A stretch of 54,115 bases of DNA from Macrostomum lignano (lineage: Eukaryota): NCBI GenBank assembly GCA_002269645.1, contig NIVC01004224.1, forward strand, positions 1 to 54,115, read 5' to 3'. How positions within the stretch are numbered: the stretch's first letter is position 1; each line of letters begins with the position of its first letter. Position numbers and translations under genes: made by a program. The notes beneath the pieces are model-generated. The model saw nothing but the letters and a program-made list of their open reading frames with translations, did no database searches and was not told where the DNA came from. Positions 22,601 to 34,066 of the stretch are shown in pieces.

Positions 22601-24849
22601 GATTCTTCAGACCCTTGTCCCCGATCTTTCAGACTCTTGTCCTCGATTCTTCAGACCCTTGTTCTCGATTCTTCAGACCCTTGTCCCCGATCTTTCAGAC
22701 TCTTGTCCTCGATTCTTCAGACCCTTGTTCTCGATTCTTCAGACCCTTGTCCTTCACCCTTCAGACCCTTGTCCTCGATTCTTCAGACCCTTGTCCTCGA
22801 TTCTTCAGACCCTTGTCCTTCACCCTTCAGACCCTTGTTCTCGATTCTTCAGACCCTTGTTCTCGATTCTTCAGACCCTTGTCCTTCACCCTTCAGACCC
22901 TTGTCCTCGATTCTTCAGACCCTTGTCCTCGATTCTTCAGACCCTTGTCCTCGATTCTTCAGACCCTTGTCCTCGATTCTTCAGACCCTTGTCCTCGATT
23001 CTTAACGCTCTTGTCCTCGATTATTCAGACCCTTGTTCTCAATTCTTCACGCTCTTGACCTCGATTCTTCAGACCCTTGTCATCGATTCTTCAGAACCTT
23101 GTCCTCGATTCTTCACGCTCCTGTCCTCGATTCTTCAGACCCTTGTCCTCGATTCTTCAGACCCTTGTCCTCGATTCTTCACGCTCCTGTCCTCGATTCT
23201 TCAGACCCTTGTCCTCGATTCTTCAAACCCATGTCCTCGATTCTTCAGACCCTTGTCCTCGATTCTTCAGACCCTTGTCCTCGATTCTTCACGCTCCTGT
23301 CCTCGATTCTTCACGCTCCTGTCCTCGATTCTTCAGACCCTTGTCCTTCACCTCACCCTTCAGATCCTTGTCCTCGATCCTTCAGGCTCTTGTCCTCGAT
23401 TCTTCGCGCTCTTGTCCTCGATCCTTCATGCCCTTGTCCTCGATTCTTCACGCTCTTGTCCTCGATTCTTCAGACCCTTGTTCTCGATCCTTCAAACCCT
23501 TGTCCTCGATTCTTCAGACCCTTGTCCTTCACCTCACCCTTCAGACCCTTGTTCTCGATCCTTCAGACCCTTGTCCTCGATTCTTCAGGCCCTTGTCCTC
23601 GATTCTTCAGACCCTTGTTCTCGATCCTTCAAACCCTTGTCCTCGATTCTTCAGACCCTTGTCCTTCACCTCACCCTTCAGACCCTTGTTCTCGATCCTT
23701 CAGACCCTTGTCCTCGATCCTTCAGGCTCTTGTCCTCGATTCTTCAGACCCTTGTCCTCGATTCTTCAGACCCTTGTCCTCGATTCTTAACGCTCTTGTC
23801 CTCGATTCTTCAGACCCTTGTTCTCGATCCTTCAAACCCTTGTCCTCGATTTTTCAGACCCTTGTCCTTCACCTCACCCTTCAGACCCTTGTTCTCGATC
23901 CTTCAGACCCTTGTCCTCGATTCTTCAGGCCCTTGTCCTCGATTCTTCAGACCCTTGTTCTCGATCCTTCAAACCCTTGTCCTCGATTCTTCAGACCCTT
24001 GTCCTTCACCTCACCCTTCAGACCCTTGTTCTCGATCCTTCAGACCCTTGTCCTCGATCCTTCAGGCTCTTGTCCTCGATTCTTCGCGCTTTTGTCCTCG
24101 ATCCTTCAGACCCTTGTCCTCGATTCTTCAGACCCTTGTTCTCGATCCTTCAGACCCTTGTCCTCGATTCTTCAGGCCCTTGTCCTCGATTCTTCAGACC
24201 CTTGTTCTCGATCCTTCAAACCCTTGTCCTCGATTCTTCAGACCCTTGTCCTTCACCTCACCCTTCAGACCCTTGTTCTCGATCCTTCAGACCCTTGTCC
24301 TCGATCCTTCAGGCTCTTGTCCTCGATTCTTCGCGCTCTTGTCCTCGATCCTTCATGCCCTTGTCCTCGATTCTTCACGCTCTTGTCCTCGATTCTTCAG
24401 ACCCTTGTTCTCGATCCTTCAAACCCTTGTCCTCGATTCTTCAGACCCTTGTCCTTCACCTCACCCTTCAGACTCTTGTTCTCGATCCTTCAGACCCTTG
24501 TCCTCGATTCTTCAGGCCCTTGTCCTCGATTCTTCAGGCCCTTGTCCTCGATCCTTCAGACCCTTGTCCTCGATTCCTCAGGCCCTTGTCCTCGATCCTT
24601 CATGCCCTTGTCCTCAATTCTTCAGGCCCTTGTCCTCGATCCTTCAGGCGTCTTGACTGCGATAATAATCTACATAAAATCGTCAGCATAAAAAGCCAGC
24701 CACAAAACCGCCAACTGTTTTCAGTTAACGACAATACAAACAGCCGCGTTGTCCTGTGGTCATTCTTCGAGGCCCTGGTGCTCATCGCTATGACAGTCGG
24801 TCAGGTCTTCTATTTGAAGCGATTCTTTGAAGTTCGCCGGGTTGTGTAA
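19652..24849 (+). CDS. TMED2: p24beta / TMED2 cargo receptor, 200 aa; exons 19652-19825, 22060-22363, 24725-24849
   Basis: Signal peptide; GOLD domain ([17 protein letters not shown]...[41 protein letters not shown]); coiled coil [15 protein letters not shown]; TM segment and tail [15 protein letters not shown] introns, 603 nt in frame. Confidence 0.96.
20597..20869. mobile_element. hAT-type MITE, second (CpG-decayed) copy, in TMED2 intron 1
   Basis: Homologous to 6695-6998; TIRs CATACATGTGTAAC / GTTGTGTATGTATA; 8-bp TSD TTAATATT / TGAATATT (7/8). Confidence 0.85.
22404..24650. repeat. Minisatellite, 22-bp unit CAGACCCTTGTCCTCGATTCTT, ~100 copies, filling TMED2 intron 2
   Basis: Tandem repetition with recurrent variant units; the 22-aa periodicity of the overlapping ORFs matches the unit length. 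Confidence 0.97.
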
Positions 24850-26346
24850 ATTCAGACAGTTTTATTGAATTCATTAGGTGTTCTTCAATACACTCTGAAT
24901 AATAATAGGATTATTAAAGAGCCTGCTAATTTATATTTAAGTATCATAAACAGATTAATATCGCATTCGCTGCATTCTGGTTCGCCAACTAAGGTTAGAA
25001 AGTCGTGACCCAACTTGACTAATATTAACAATGTCTCCCAGTGTTTCATTTTTCGTAGCTTCGGTTTCAACTCATGAATTAATAAGCTAGTTAAATGATA
25101 ATTGTTTTTTAAATTTGATTGACTCATATATTAACAATTTTTGCTAGGCTCCGGGCCTTTTTTGTGTTTCGATTTTAAGAAAAATTGCCTTCTGTTGTAG
25201 TGCGGTGTCTCTTGGATTGCTGCCTATCTTGGAGACTCTCTTGGTGTTCCGACTTGTTGCTGTTTTTCTCTATTGTCTGGCACCCAGATTTTCTTTTGCA
25301 TAGATTGTTATCGCTTCAATTTATATTAAATTTTGTTCGCACACGACTCAATATTCGGGTAGGTTTGTTGCTATAATGTATTAAAATCTATTCTTGTTGA
25401 ATAAATGTTTTCATAAATTTCCATTGCCGCGAGTTGAATCTGTGAGGTTTCCACAGATACTAGAATACTTAGATGAGCCACTCAGCACATTTGCGTGTAA
25501 GCTACTTTCAGTTCAGTAGTAAGTTAAACAGAAGCATTTTAATGTACTTTTAAAGCCAAGGCTCATTTATTGGCTCTTAACTCCTCAGCTTAAACCCTCC
25601 AACCACGCCGTTCCACGATACTCCCCGACCCTGCCCCGCCCCAATTTTTATTGCCTTTCTCGGAATTCCAGCCTAAAGCTGCCATGTACATTTCAGTGGA
25701 CTGGCCAATGTACATTACTGCTGAACCAATTAGCAAGCTGTTTACGCCTGCAAATCTGGGATTCTAAACTTATCAAAGTCATTTCAGCTGTCTTTATTTT
25801 TATAAAATAGCTTATGTATTCTTCTTAGCTACTGAACTGTAAGTAGAAAGCTGTTTTACTAAGTACATGCCTGAGTGGCCCATCTAGTTAATTTAGTATC
25901 TGTGGAGGTTTCCGAAGCGGATTAAGCACCCATTATTATATAAAGATTCATGTGCCTGCTCTGGCCTCAAAATATTTACTTAGCTAATAGTTGCTTATCA
26001 GTTAAATTCTCAATGTCTTGCTCCTTTGTTGTGTTTATCCTATCGTTATTTCAATAGTTAACAAACTTTTTTTTCCATACATTTGTGTTTGCCATGATTT
26101 TACTCTCTCTAACTGAATTGAATGGCTAAAATACTAATTAGTCCTATGGTGTTGCAATTATTACTGTTATAAAACTGGTACCATACGCTGACCTTACGTG
26201 ACCCTTGACCCGGGTTCGTCCACTACAAGTCCCGTTTTGTCTTCTGTGGCTTGATAAATAAATCTGATCTGAGTTGTTTTCTCTGTTTTAAGTGGAACTG
26301 TGGCTTTGGTTTTGACTTTACTATGATTTATAATGTCTTTTATTGA

Positions 26347-27600
26347 CAGGTGCCATTATTAGGTGTCACTATTCATCATCATTATCAACCAGTGCCATTA
26401 TCAGGTGCCACTGTGTCATCATTCATAGTGACCAGTGCCATTATCGGGTGCCATTGTCATCATCACTATAGTGACCAGTGCCATTATCAGGTGCCACTGT
26501 GTCATCATTCATAGTGACCAGTGCCATTATCAGGTGCCACTGTGTCATCATTCATAGTGACCAGTGCCATTATCAGGTGCCACTGTGTCATCATCCATAG
26601 TGACCAGTGCCATTATCAGGTGCCACTGTGTCATCATCCATAGTGACCAGTGCCATTATCAGGTGCCACTGTGTCATCATTCATAGTGACCAGTGCCATT
26701 ATCAGGTGCCATTGTCATCATCACTATAGTGACCAGTGCCATTATCAGGTGCCACTGTGTCATCATCCATAGTGACCAGTGCCATTATCAGATGCTACTG
26801 TGTCATCATCCATAGTGACCAGTGCCACTGTGTCATCATCCATAGTGACCAGTGCCACTGTGTCATCATCAATAGTGACCAGTGTCACTGTGTCATCATC
26901 CATAGTGACCAGTGCCACTGTGTCATCATCCATAGTGACCAGTGCCACTGTGTCATCATCCATAGTGACCAGTGCCACTGTGTCATCATCAATAGTGACC
27001 AGTGCCACTGTGTCATCATCAATAGTGACCAGTGCCACTGTGTCATCATCCATAGTGACCAGTGCCACTGTGTCATCATCCATAGTGACCAGTGCCACTG
27101 TGTCATCATCCATAGTGACCAGTGCCACTGTGTCATCATCCATAGTGACCAGTGCCACTGTGTCATCATCCATAGTGACCAGTGCCACTGTGTCATCATC
27201 CATAGTGACCAGTGCCACTGTGTCATCATCCATAGTGACCAGTGCCACTGTGTCATCATCAATAGTGACCAGTGCCACTGTGTCATCATCCATAGTGACC
27301 AGTGCCACTGTGTCATCATCAATAGTGACCAGTGCCACTGTGTCATCATCAATAGTGACCAGTGCCACTGTGTCATCATCAATAGTGACCAGTGCCACTG
27401 TGTCATCATCCATAGTGACCAGTGCCATTGTGTCATCATCAATAGTGACCAGTGCCACTGTGTCATCATCCATAGTGACCAGTGCCACTGTGTCATCATC
27501 CATAGTGACCAGTGCCACTGTGTCATCATCCATAGTGACCAGTGCCATTATCAGGTGCCACTGTCATCATCCATAGTGACCAGTGCCATTATCAGGTGCA
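26347..27600. repeat. Minisatellite, 30-bp unit CATAGTGACCAGTGCCACTGTGTCATCATC, with a 42-bp variant at the left and right edges
   Basis: Tandem repetition; edge units carry an extra 12 bp (TTATCAGGTGCC). Confidence 0.97.
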
Positions 27601-27699
27601 ACTCCAGTTATCATAGGCAAGAAGCGCCTTTATCAGACGCCACTTTCATATGCATTGTCACAAACGCATTGCAGCATCGCACAGCAGGCCCGCCGCGCA

Positions 27700-29576
27700 A
27701 TGGTCCTGTTTGATAACATCGCCATAGGCCAGAATGTTGAGGTGAAGCACCTGAATGAGTTGTATCCGGCTAAGGTGCGTTACAAGGGCGGCCTCAACTC
27801 AATGAAGGGCGACTGGGTCGGTCTGGAGCTGTACGAGCCAGGCAAGTCACCAGATTATCATTGGGATAGTCTGACAGTTTTCTAAACTAACTCCTATTTG
27901 CACTTTTAGTGGGCTACACGGACGGCCTCTACCGAGGTCATCGTTACTTTTTTGTGCGCAAGGACTACGGCATCTTTGTCACCGCCGACCAGATTCGCTT
28001 TCCGCGAATGAAGCGACGGTAATTGTGGATTTTGCTGCTCTGGGTACTCTGCTCCCAAATCCCCAGAACTGGGCACTCTCAGCTCCCAAATCCCCAGAAC
28101 TGGGCACTCTCAGCTCCCAAATCCCCAGAACTGGGCACTCTCAGCTCCCAAATCCCCAGAACTGGGCACTCTCAGCTCCCAACTCCCCAGAACTGGGCAC
28201 TCTCAGCTCCCAAATCCCCAGAACTGGGCACTCTCAGCTCCCAAATCCCCAGAACTGGGCACTCTCAGCTCCCAACTCCCCAGAACTGGGCACTCTCAGC
28301 TCCCAACTCCCCAGAACTGGGCACTCTCAGCTCCCAAATCCCCAGAACTGGGCACTCTCAGCTCCCAAATCCCCAGAACTGGGCACTCTCAGCTCCCAAA
28401 TCCCCAGAACTGGGCACTCTCAGCTCCCAACTCCCCAGAACTGGGCACTCTCAGCTCCCAAATCCCCAGAACTGGGCACTCTCAGCTCCCAAATCCCCAG
28501 AACTGGGCACTCTCAGCTCCCAACTCCCCAGAACTGGGCACTCTCAGCTCCCAACTCCCAGAACTGGGCACTCTCAGCTCCCAAATCCCCAGAACTGGGC
28601 ACTCTCAGCTCCCAAATCCCCAGAACTGGGCACTCTCAGCTCCCAACTCCCAGAACTGGGCACTCTCAGCTCCCAACTCCCCAGAACTGGGCACTCTCAG
28701 CTCCCAAATCCCTACAACTGGCACTCTCTGCTCCCAAATCCCTCCCACTAGCATTCTCTGCTTCCAAATCCACACAACTGGCACTCTCTGCTCCCAAATC
28801 CCCACAACTGGCACTCACTGCTTCCAAATCAAACAAATGGCACTCTCTGCTCCCAAATCCCCACTACTGACACTCTCTGCTCCCAAATCCCTCCCACTAG
28901 CATTCTCTGCTTCCAAATCAAACAAATGGCACTCTCTGCTCCCAAATCCCTCCCACTAGCATTCTCTGCTTCCAAATCAAACAAATGGCACTCTCTGCTC
29001 CCAAATCCCCACAACTGACACTCTGCTCCCAAATCGTCACAAGTAGCATTCACTGCTCCCAAATCCCCACAACTGACACTCTGCTCCCAAATCGTCACAA
29101 GTAGCATTCACTGCTCCCAAATCCCACAACTGTTACACTCGCATTCCAGCCTATTCAACAAGTACAAAGTCGCGGACCCCGAGCAGGCCACAACCGATGC
29201 CAGCCTATTCAATACGCAGCGGCCGGCCACAGCCGACCCTCGGGATCCAGTTTACCTCTCGGATGAGTACAGCAGGCTGGCCATGCACCGGCTGCCCAGC
29301 GCTGGCGCCTGCTCGCTATTCGAGCCGCCGCGCAATTACCATCTGAAACAGTCATGCGTTAAAAAGCCGCCAGAGCCGCCGGAGCCGGAGAAGCCGGCGC
29401 CAGAGTTCATCAGCCCGGCCTCCATACCGGACTACGTCGTGCCGCCATCTGTACTGCGGCGTCACGTGGCCAGGCATCGGGACAATCCGGAGGCCCTGCG
29501 ATTCCCTAAGCATCACAGCCTGCATACTATACGGGATTTTCTACATTCTAGCAATTACTGGAACGATATGTACTGA
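27700..29576 (+). CDS. Stand-alone CAP-Gly domain protein with Pro-rich C-terminus, 225 aa; exons 27700-27841, 27910-28018, 29150-29576
   Basis: AKVRYKGGLNSMKGDWVGLELYEP-VGYTDGLYRGHRYFFVRKDYGIFV is a CAP-Gly signature. Splicing is frame-consistent (678 nt) using a GC donor for intron 1. Confidence 0.85.
28040..29132. repeat. Minisatellite, 31-bp unit CCCCAGAACTGGGCACTCTCAGCTCCCAAAT, filling CAP-Gly intron 2; homogeneous left part, diverged right part
   Basis: Tandem repetition; 31-aa periodicity of the spurious ORFs. Confidence 0.96.
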
Positions 29577-29618
29577 AGTGTTGCCTGTTGACATTGTTCT
29601 ACTGTGTGATAATATATA

Positions 29619-30222
29619 CTGTCCGTCAAAAAGTTCCGGAACCCTTGCTGCGGTGTCTTCTAGCGGACATAATTTCAGTCCGTTTCAATTGTAACTTGAT
29701 TCAAATGAAAGCTGCGGATCTCAGCTCCATGATGTGGTCAAGAAAAAGTTTATTCGAAGGAGCGCGTGTGAACAGGCCAGTGTTATGTACATAAAGGTTA
29801 GAGAAAAAGTGAGGAAAAGACAAACAAGCAATTGTTTTTTACTCTTTTTTACTCTCCCATGAAAGCTGACTGCACAAGAATCCATAAGAGCCTGTTGATT
29901 TCAACACAAGTTTTGGCCATAGACTAATGTTAGCCAGGCTGAACACTGCGCGCAAACCGATTCCTTCCCATGTGTGTTTGCTCCATAGACTCAGCAACCA
30001 AAGACAATTGCTTGTTTGTCTTTTCCTCACTTTTTTTTCTCTAACCTTTATGTACATAACACTGGCCTGTTCACACGCGCTCCTTCGAATAAACTTTTTC
30101 TTGACCACATCATGGAGCTGAGATCCGCAGCTTTCATTTGAATCAAGTTACAATTAAAACGGACTGAAATTATGTCCGCTAGAAGACATCGTAGCAAGGG
30201 TTCCGGAACTTTTGACGGACAG
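29619..30222. mobile_element. Tc1/mariner-type MITE, 604 bp, ~220-bp near-perfect TIRs
   Basis: CTGTCCGTCAAAAAGTTCCGGAAC... at 29619 and ...GTTCCGGAACTTTTGACGGACAG ending at 30222, flanked by TA; the arms 29619-~29836 and ~30004-30222 are reverse complements. Confidence 0.9.
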
Positions 30223-30980
30223 TATAGCTTTTTGCAGCCCATTTGAGCTTACGCGCATTGAATTTAATCCAAGATACGTTTGCCAATGTAATGGAGCTTT
30301 TGTCTATGGTAGCAAGGCTGGCACAGCGGCATCTGATTTGGTCCAACAAGCATCAGTTTGGTGTAAACGCTCGTGAGCCGTTGGGCAAACTGTCTGCGAG
30401 TTGTTGCGTACCACTGGAATGTCAGCGTCTCCACCAACAATTTTCAATCGCTTTTCCAGAGCTCTGCTGATAGCCGAAATCTGGTAACCAACTGGAACTG
30501 TTTCTTCAACTTCTGCTGCATTTCTGCACCGTCAGCATCTCAATTGCATCGAGTAGCAGTTGGACCTGAGGCTCTCGAGCAAATTGCCTTGGCGATTGCC
30601 ACCCTTTTACAGGCAATCTCTGCCGGCAGTGGTTTCAACGCGCTGATGGATGCTGCAAACCGTATTTTCCTTTACATTCAGCAGCCTTTGGGTGTTCACC
30701 TCTGTCGAGCGCTTCGATCGCAAGCCAATGGCATTCGTTGGACAGCCTAGCATATGGTCCACAATTCTGGGGCTGCAATCTTGCTTCTCCACAGCAGTTG
30801 CAAATGAAGCTTGTGGACCAAATTGATGCTTGTTGGACCGAATGAAATGCCGCTGTGCCAGCCTTGCTACCATAGACAAAAGCTCCATTACAGTTGCAAA
30901 CGTATCTTGCCACGAAGCCACAAACTTATCTTGGATTAAATTCAATGCGCGTGGGCCCAAATGGGCTGAAAAAAGTTATA
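30223..30980. mobile_element. Second TIR element (~140-bp imperfect TIRs) abutting the first; internal part may be a decayed Tc1/IS630-like DNA-binding domain on the minus strand
   Basis: Arms 30223-~30362 and ~30812-30980 are reverse complements (GCAGCCCATTTG...CGCGCATTGAATTTAATCCAAGA). Minus-strand broken frames read EMQQKLKKQF and ISAISRALEKRL, weakly like Tc1 HTH regions. Confidence 0.7.
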
Positions 30981-31994
30981 CAAAGTGTACTACATATTCT
31001 ATTCTATTTTTTTCTTTTTCCTTCTTTTACTAAGTTCAATCCGTCCTTGGAATAAACTGTTTTTTACCTGCTATTTAGCTTTCTAAATCTTTCTACTGTA
31101 ATCTAATAAACCGTATACACAGATAGCCGGCTCTTTATAAATAGCGTTATTTGCACATTTGTTCTATCATGAAATATTTCCAATACTATGCCTTCTTCGG
31201 CTTCGTGCTTTTCTCAAGCGAGTACCTTCAAAGCGATATTGGAAATCGAAATTTGTTGAACATTATACTTTGAAGATACGATCACCTGTTCTACACTAAC
31301 GATTGTCTCTGACAATACCTCGTATATCAAAAATGACAATTCCGTTGCATCAAATAAAAAACGTGAATAGACAATCTTCTTCGCTCGACTCAATAGTAAC
31401 ATATTTCCTCCAAAAAATAGGGACTATGCTTCTTCGACAAGATGCATTTTTGCGAGAAGCATCACGTGTGTTTGATATTGTCATGGATTGTCTGTCTCTT
31501 TCGGATTTCTGACCTCTTGGTCGGAGCAAATGCAAATTTACATGTACGACCACAGATGTAGCTTTAATGCTTTTTCAGGAAGTATTTTATCAGGAGAATG
31601 CAAACTGCAATTAGCTATCTACCTTGCCCTTGCATAAGACATTGTAACCAGGAAGCCGATGAGTGTGTGTGTGTGTAATTGCTGCAGGAAAATGTTCAGC
31701 AATAAAACTAAAAGTGAGACCCAGTGTTTTAGCTTCCATTATCCCCTACTTGATTGAGCCCTACCCCTAGTTGGCAACCAATGTTTAGCTTGACAACCAA
31801 GTGTGAAAAAAACTGCTCGATAGTTGCTTGATTTGGGAAAGCTAATGAATGACATTCTAGTTCCGCTATTCGTGGAGTTTTAAGAGTTGGCTGTCTGGAG
31901 TGGAAACTCACTACCCATAGTATGTGAATGCCATTTGGATAAATTATATGTATATAGCTGACAGCAGCTTTTCTAAGGCTCCGTTGGTCTTGTG

Positions 31995-32120
31995 GTCTGA
32001 AGGGGTCACGTCGGTCTTTGGGATATGATGGGGTCGGGTCGGTCTTTGGGATATGATGGGGTCGGGTCGTCGGTCTTTGGGATGATGGGGTCCCGTCGGT
32101 CTTTGAGATATGATGGGGTC
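31995..32120. repeat. Short degenerate tandem repeat (GTCGGTCTTTGGGATATGATGGG core, ~4 copies)
   Basis: Repeated core visible at ~32010, 32038, 32070 and 32095. Confidence 0.75.
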
Positions 32121-32480
32121 TGAGGATCTGAGGAAGATATATGTAGTTTAAGCGATTGCAGCCACGAAGCCTTTAAAAGTACAACCCACTCGCATTTGTA
32201 ATATGCAACTTGCAATAACTTACATTTTATAATGTGCGATAGAGAAGCTTTTATTAAAAAAGCAATTGTAAAGCAGTTTTAACATCAGCCTACAATTACA
32301 TGTAGAATTCTTTAGTTGCCATCTGCTGGCTCAGCCTCATTGGACAGGAATTTGTCCAGTCTGTAATCAGCTTTACAGATGCTGTATTTAGCACTCCGTG
32401 TGCCACGTTATTAAAAAGCTCCTAGCCTGCCTATAATTCTCATAAACCGTTAGGCCAACGCCCAAGCAAGCAGGTGCAAA

Positions 32481-33866
32481 ATGCACTCAATAGCTGTCAC
32501 TCTCTTGTTTCTGTTTCTTAGCTGCACCTGCCTGTCGGTCATCTGCTCGGCTGGCTGCTCCAATCGGACGAACTTCGACCTCTTGACCACCAAGGTGCTG
32601 CACTGCATCGACCCTCGCTTCATCCTGCCCGACTTGCCCGGCATCGCCGATCCGCAGGCCTGCTCCTTCAGGTGCGCCCAGGAGCCCAGCTGCCTGGCCT
32701 TCGCCATCCTGACTGCTCCGGCTCGCTGTCGCCGATTCAATTTCGGCGCGTTCAGCCGGCGCGTCCGGTCGGTGAAGTCGTGCCAGAGCCGACCGGCCGA
32801 GGTCTTTGTCCGCCGTCTGGCCGGAGTGGCCCAGCCGGGTGGGCTGTGCGGCCGCGGCTTTGGCAGCGACTTCTTTGGCACGAAATTCAAGCTGGTGAAG
32901 AGTCACTATACTTGGGACGGAGCCTACGTGAGTGACCAAGGCACACAAATTCACGTGTTTTAAGTGGTTCGGGTGCGCAGCTTAGCATTTTTATTTTTGA
33001 GTTGGCTGAATGTACTAACCGCGTCTAATTCTGCTTAACTCTGACCCTTAAGGAGCGTCAATGATATTATATTTGGAGCCTGTACACGAAAATTAGCCGG
33101 TCTTGTCGTGGCGATTCACACCCACGAAAGCCAGCCTGTCTGACGATTAGAAAGTCAGGGCCGCTGTGCACCCTGTGTGAGCCAGCGACCCAGGCTCGAT
33201 TCCAAGTGCAGTCACATTAATTTGGGGCTGAATTGGAATCTCGGCTTGGCTCTGCTCGTGCAATTAGCGGCCTTGAGAGCCAACCCCCCAAGGCGCAGTG
33301 AAGTGTACATGCCTAACGATAATATAAAGTTAGGGCCGCTGTACACTCCTGTGTGAGTGTGTGCCTGCGTACGTATCCGCGCGCTTGTGTGCCTGCTCAG
33401 GGGAGTCGGCGGAATGGGCAGTAATGCCTCTCGCACGGGATCGGTACCTTAGCGCAAGAGTCTGGCGAGATACTCTCTATCTTTAAAACTTTATAAAAAA
33501 GATGTTTGCGTCATTGTGAAACTGCAGACTCACTGCCTGTCTCTCGGCGGCCTGTCGCGCCTGGCTGAACTGGTTGACCGGGCGCACATGGACCACGCTG
33601 TCACCATTGGCAACTATCCCTGGGACGACCAGGCCTGGCTAAACGCCTACCAACCACCTGGCAGCGTGGAGCCGGACCAGGGCTGGGTGTGGCTGGGCTC
33701 CGGCCTGCCCGTGAACATGAGCCGCTCGCTGTGGGAGTCTGACGATCCCGACAATGATGTGAACCAGAATCGCATCGTGCTGGAGAAGTCCAGGGCTGAG
33801 TTCAACGACAAGGACGAACGGGCTGACAACTTCGTGCTCTGCCAGTGCGTCAGCCCGTTCGACTAA
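32481..33866 (+). CDS. Secreted PAN/Apple + C-type lectin domain protein, 261 aa; exons 32481-32927, 33528-33866
   Basis: Hydrophobic signal peptide; PAN-like C-SFR-C-AQEPS-C-LAF...C; CTLD YTWDGAYTHC...RLAEL...AWLNA...WVWLGSG.P...W...DPDN...FND...FVLCQ. GT-AG intron, phase 0. Confidence 0.85.
33150..33440 (+). mobile_element. tRNA-derived SINE, copy 3 (5'-truncated, preceded by a ~30-bp duplicate of its own internal segment), in the lectin intron
   Basis: Near-identical to copy 2 from GCCAGCG onward; lacks the A-box; 33150-33180 resembles the internal AAAGTTAGGGCCGCTGTACACTCCTGTGTGA. Confidence 0.8.
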
Positions 33867-34066
33867 ATATAATACACTACTGGAAACTGGAACTCACAGT
33901 TAACTTAATCCCTATATTATATTGATCAACAAATCTTGATTAACGAAAATACGACTCGATCTGGAATAACAACTCTTTGAATACTTTGCTGGGAATAAGC
34001 ATATCATCAATAGTTATAACCTTGCGTAACCTTCAATCAGTCATGCATCAGTCATGCATTCAATCA

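Noticed and set aside
22401-24849. 751-, 552- and 343-aa ORFs in TMED2 intron 2
   Set aside because: Translations of the 22-bp minisatellite; only 24725-24849 is a real exon.
5975-27699. YAG acceptor-like sites 5-25 nt upstream of several ATGs (UBE2A, annexin, IQCD, TMED2, CAP-Gly), suggestive of SL trans-splicing
   Set aside because: YAG occurs this close by chance at high frequency, and genomic sequence cannot distinguish trans-splicing from 5' UTR introns; SL-containing reads are needed.
26736-29107. Cys/His-rich (CHCVIIHSDQ)n, Ser/Thr-rich and other repeat ORFs
   Set aside because: Products of the 30-bp and 31-bp arrays; open in several frames on both strands with no coding context.
31040-31920. 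Short ORFs between the TIR elements and the lectin gene
   Set aside because: All are under 70 aa, AT-rich, with no motifs or splice-consistent partners.
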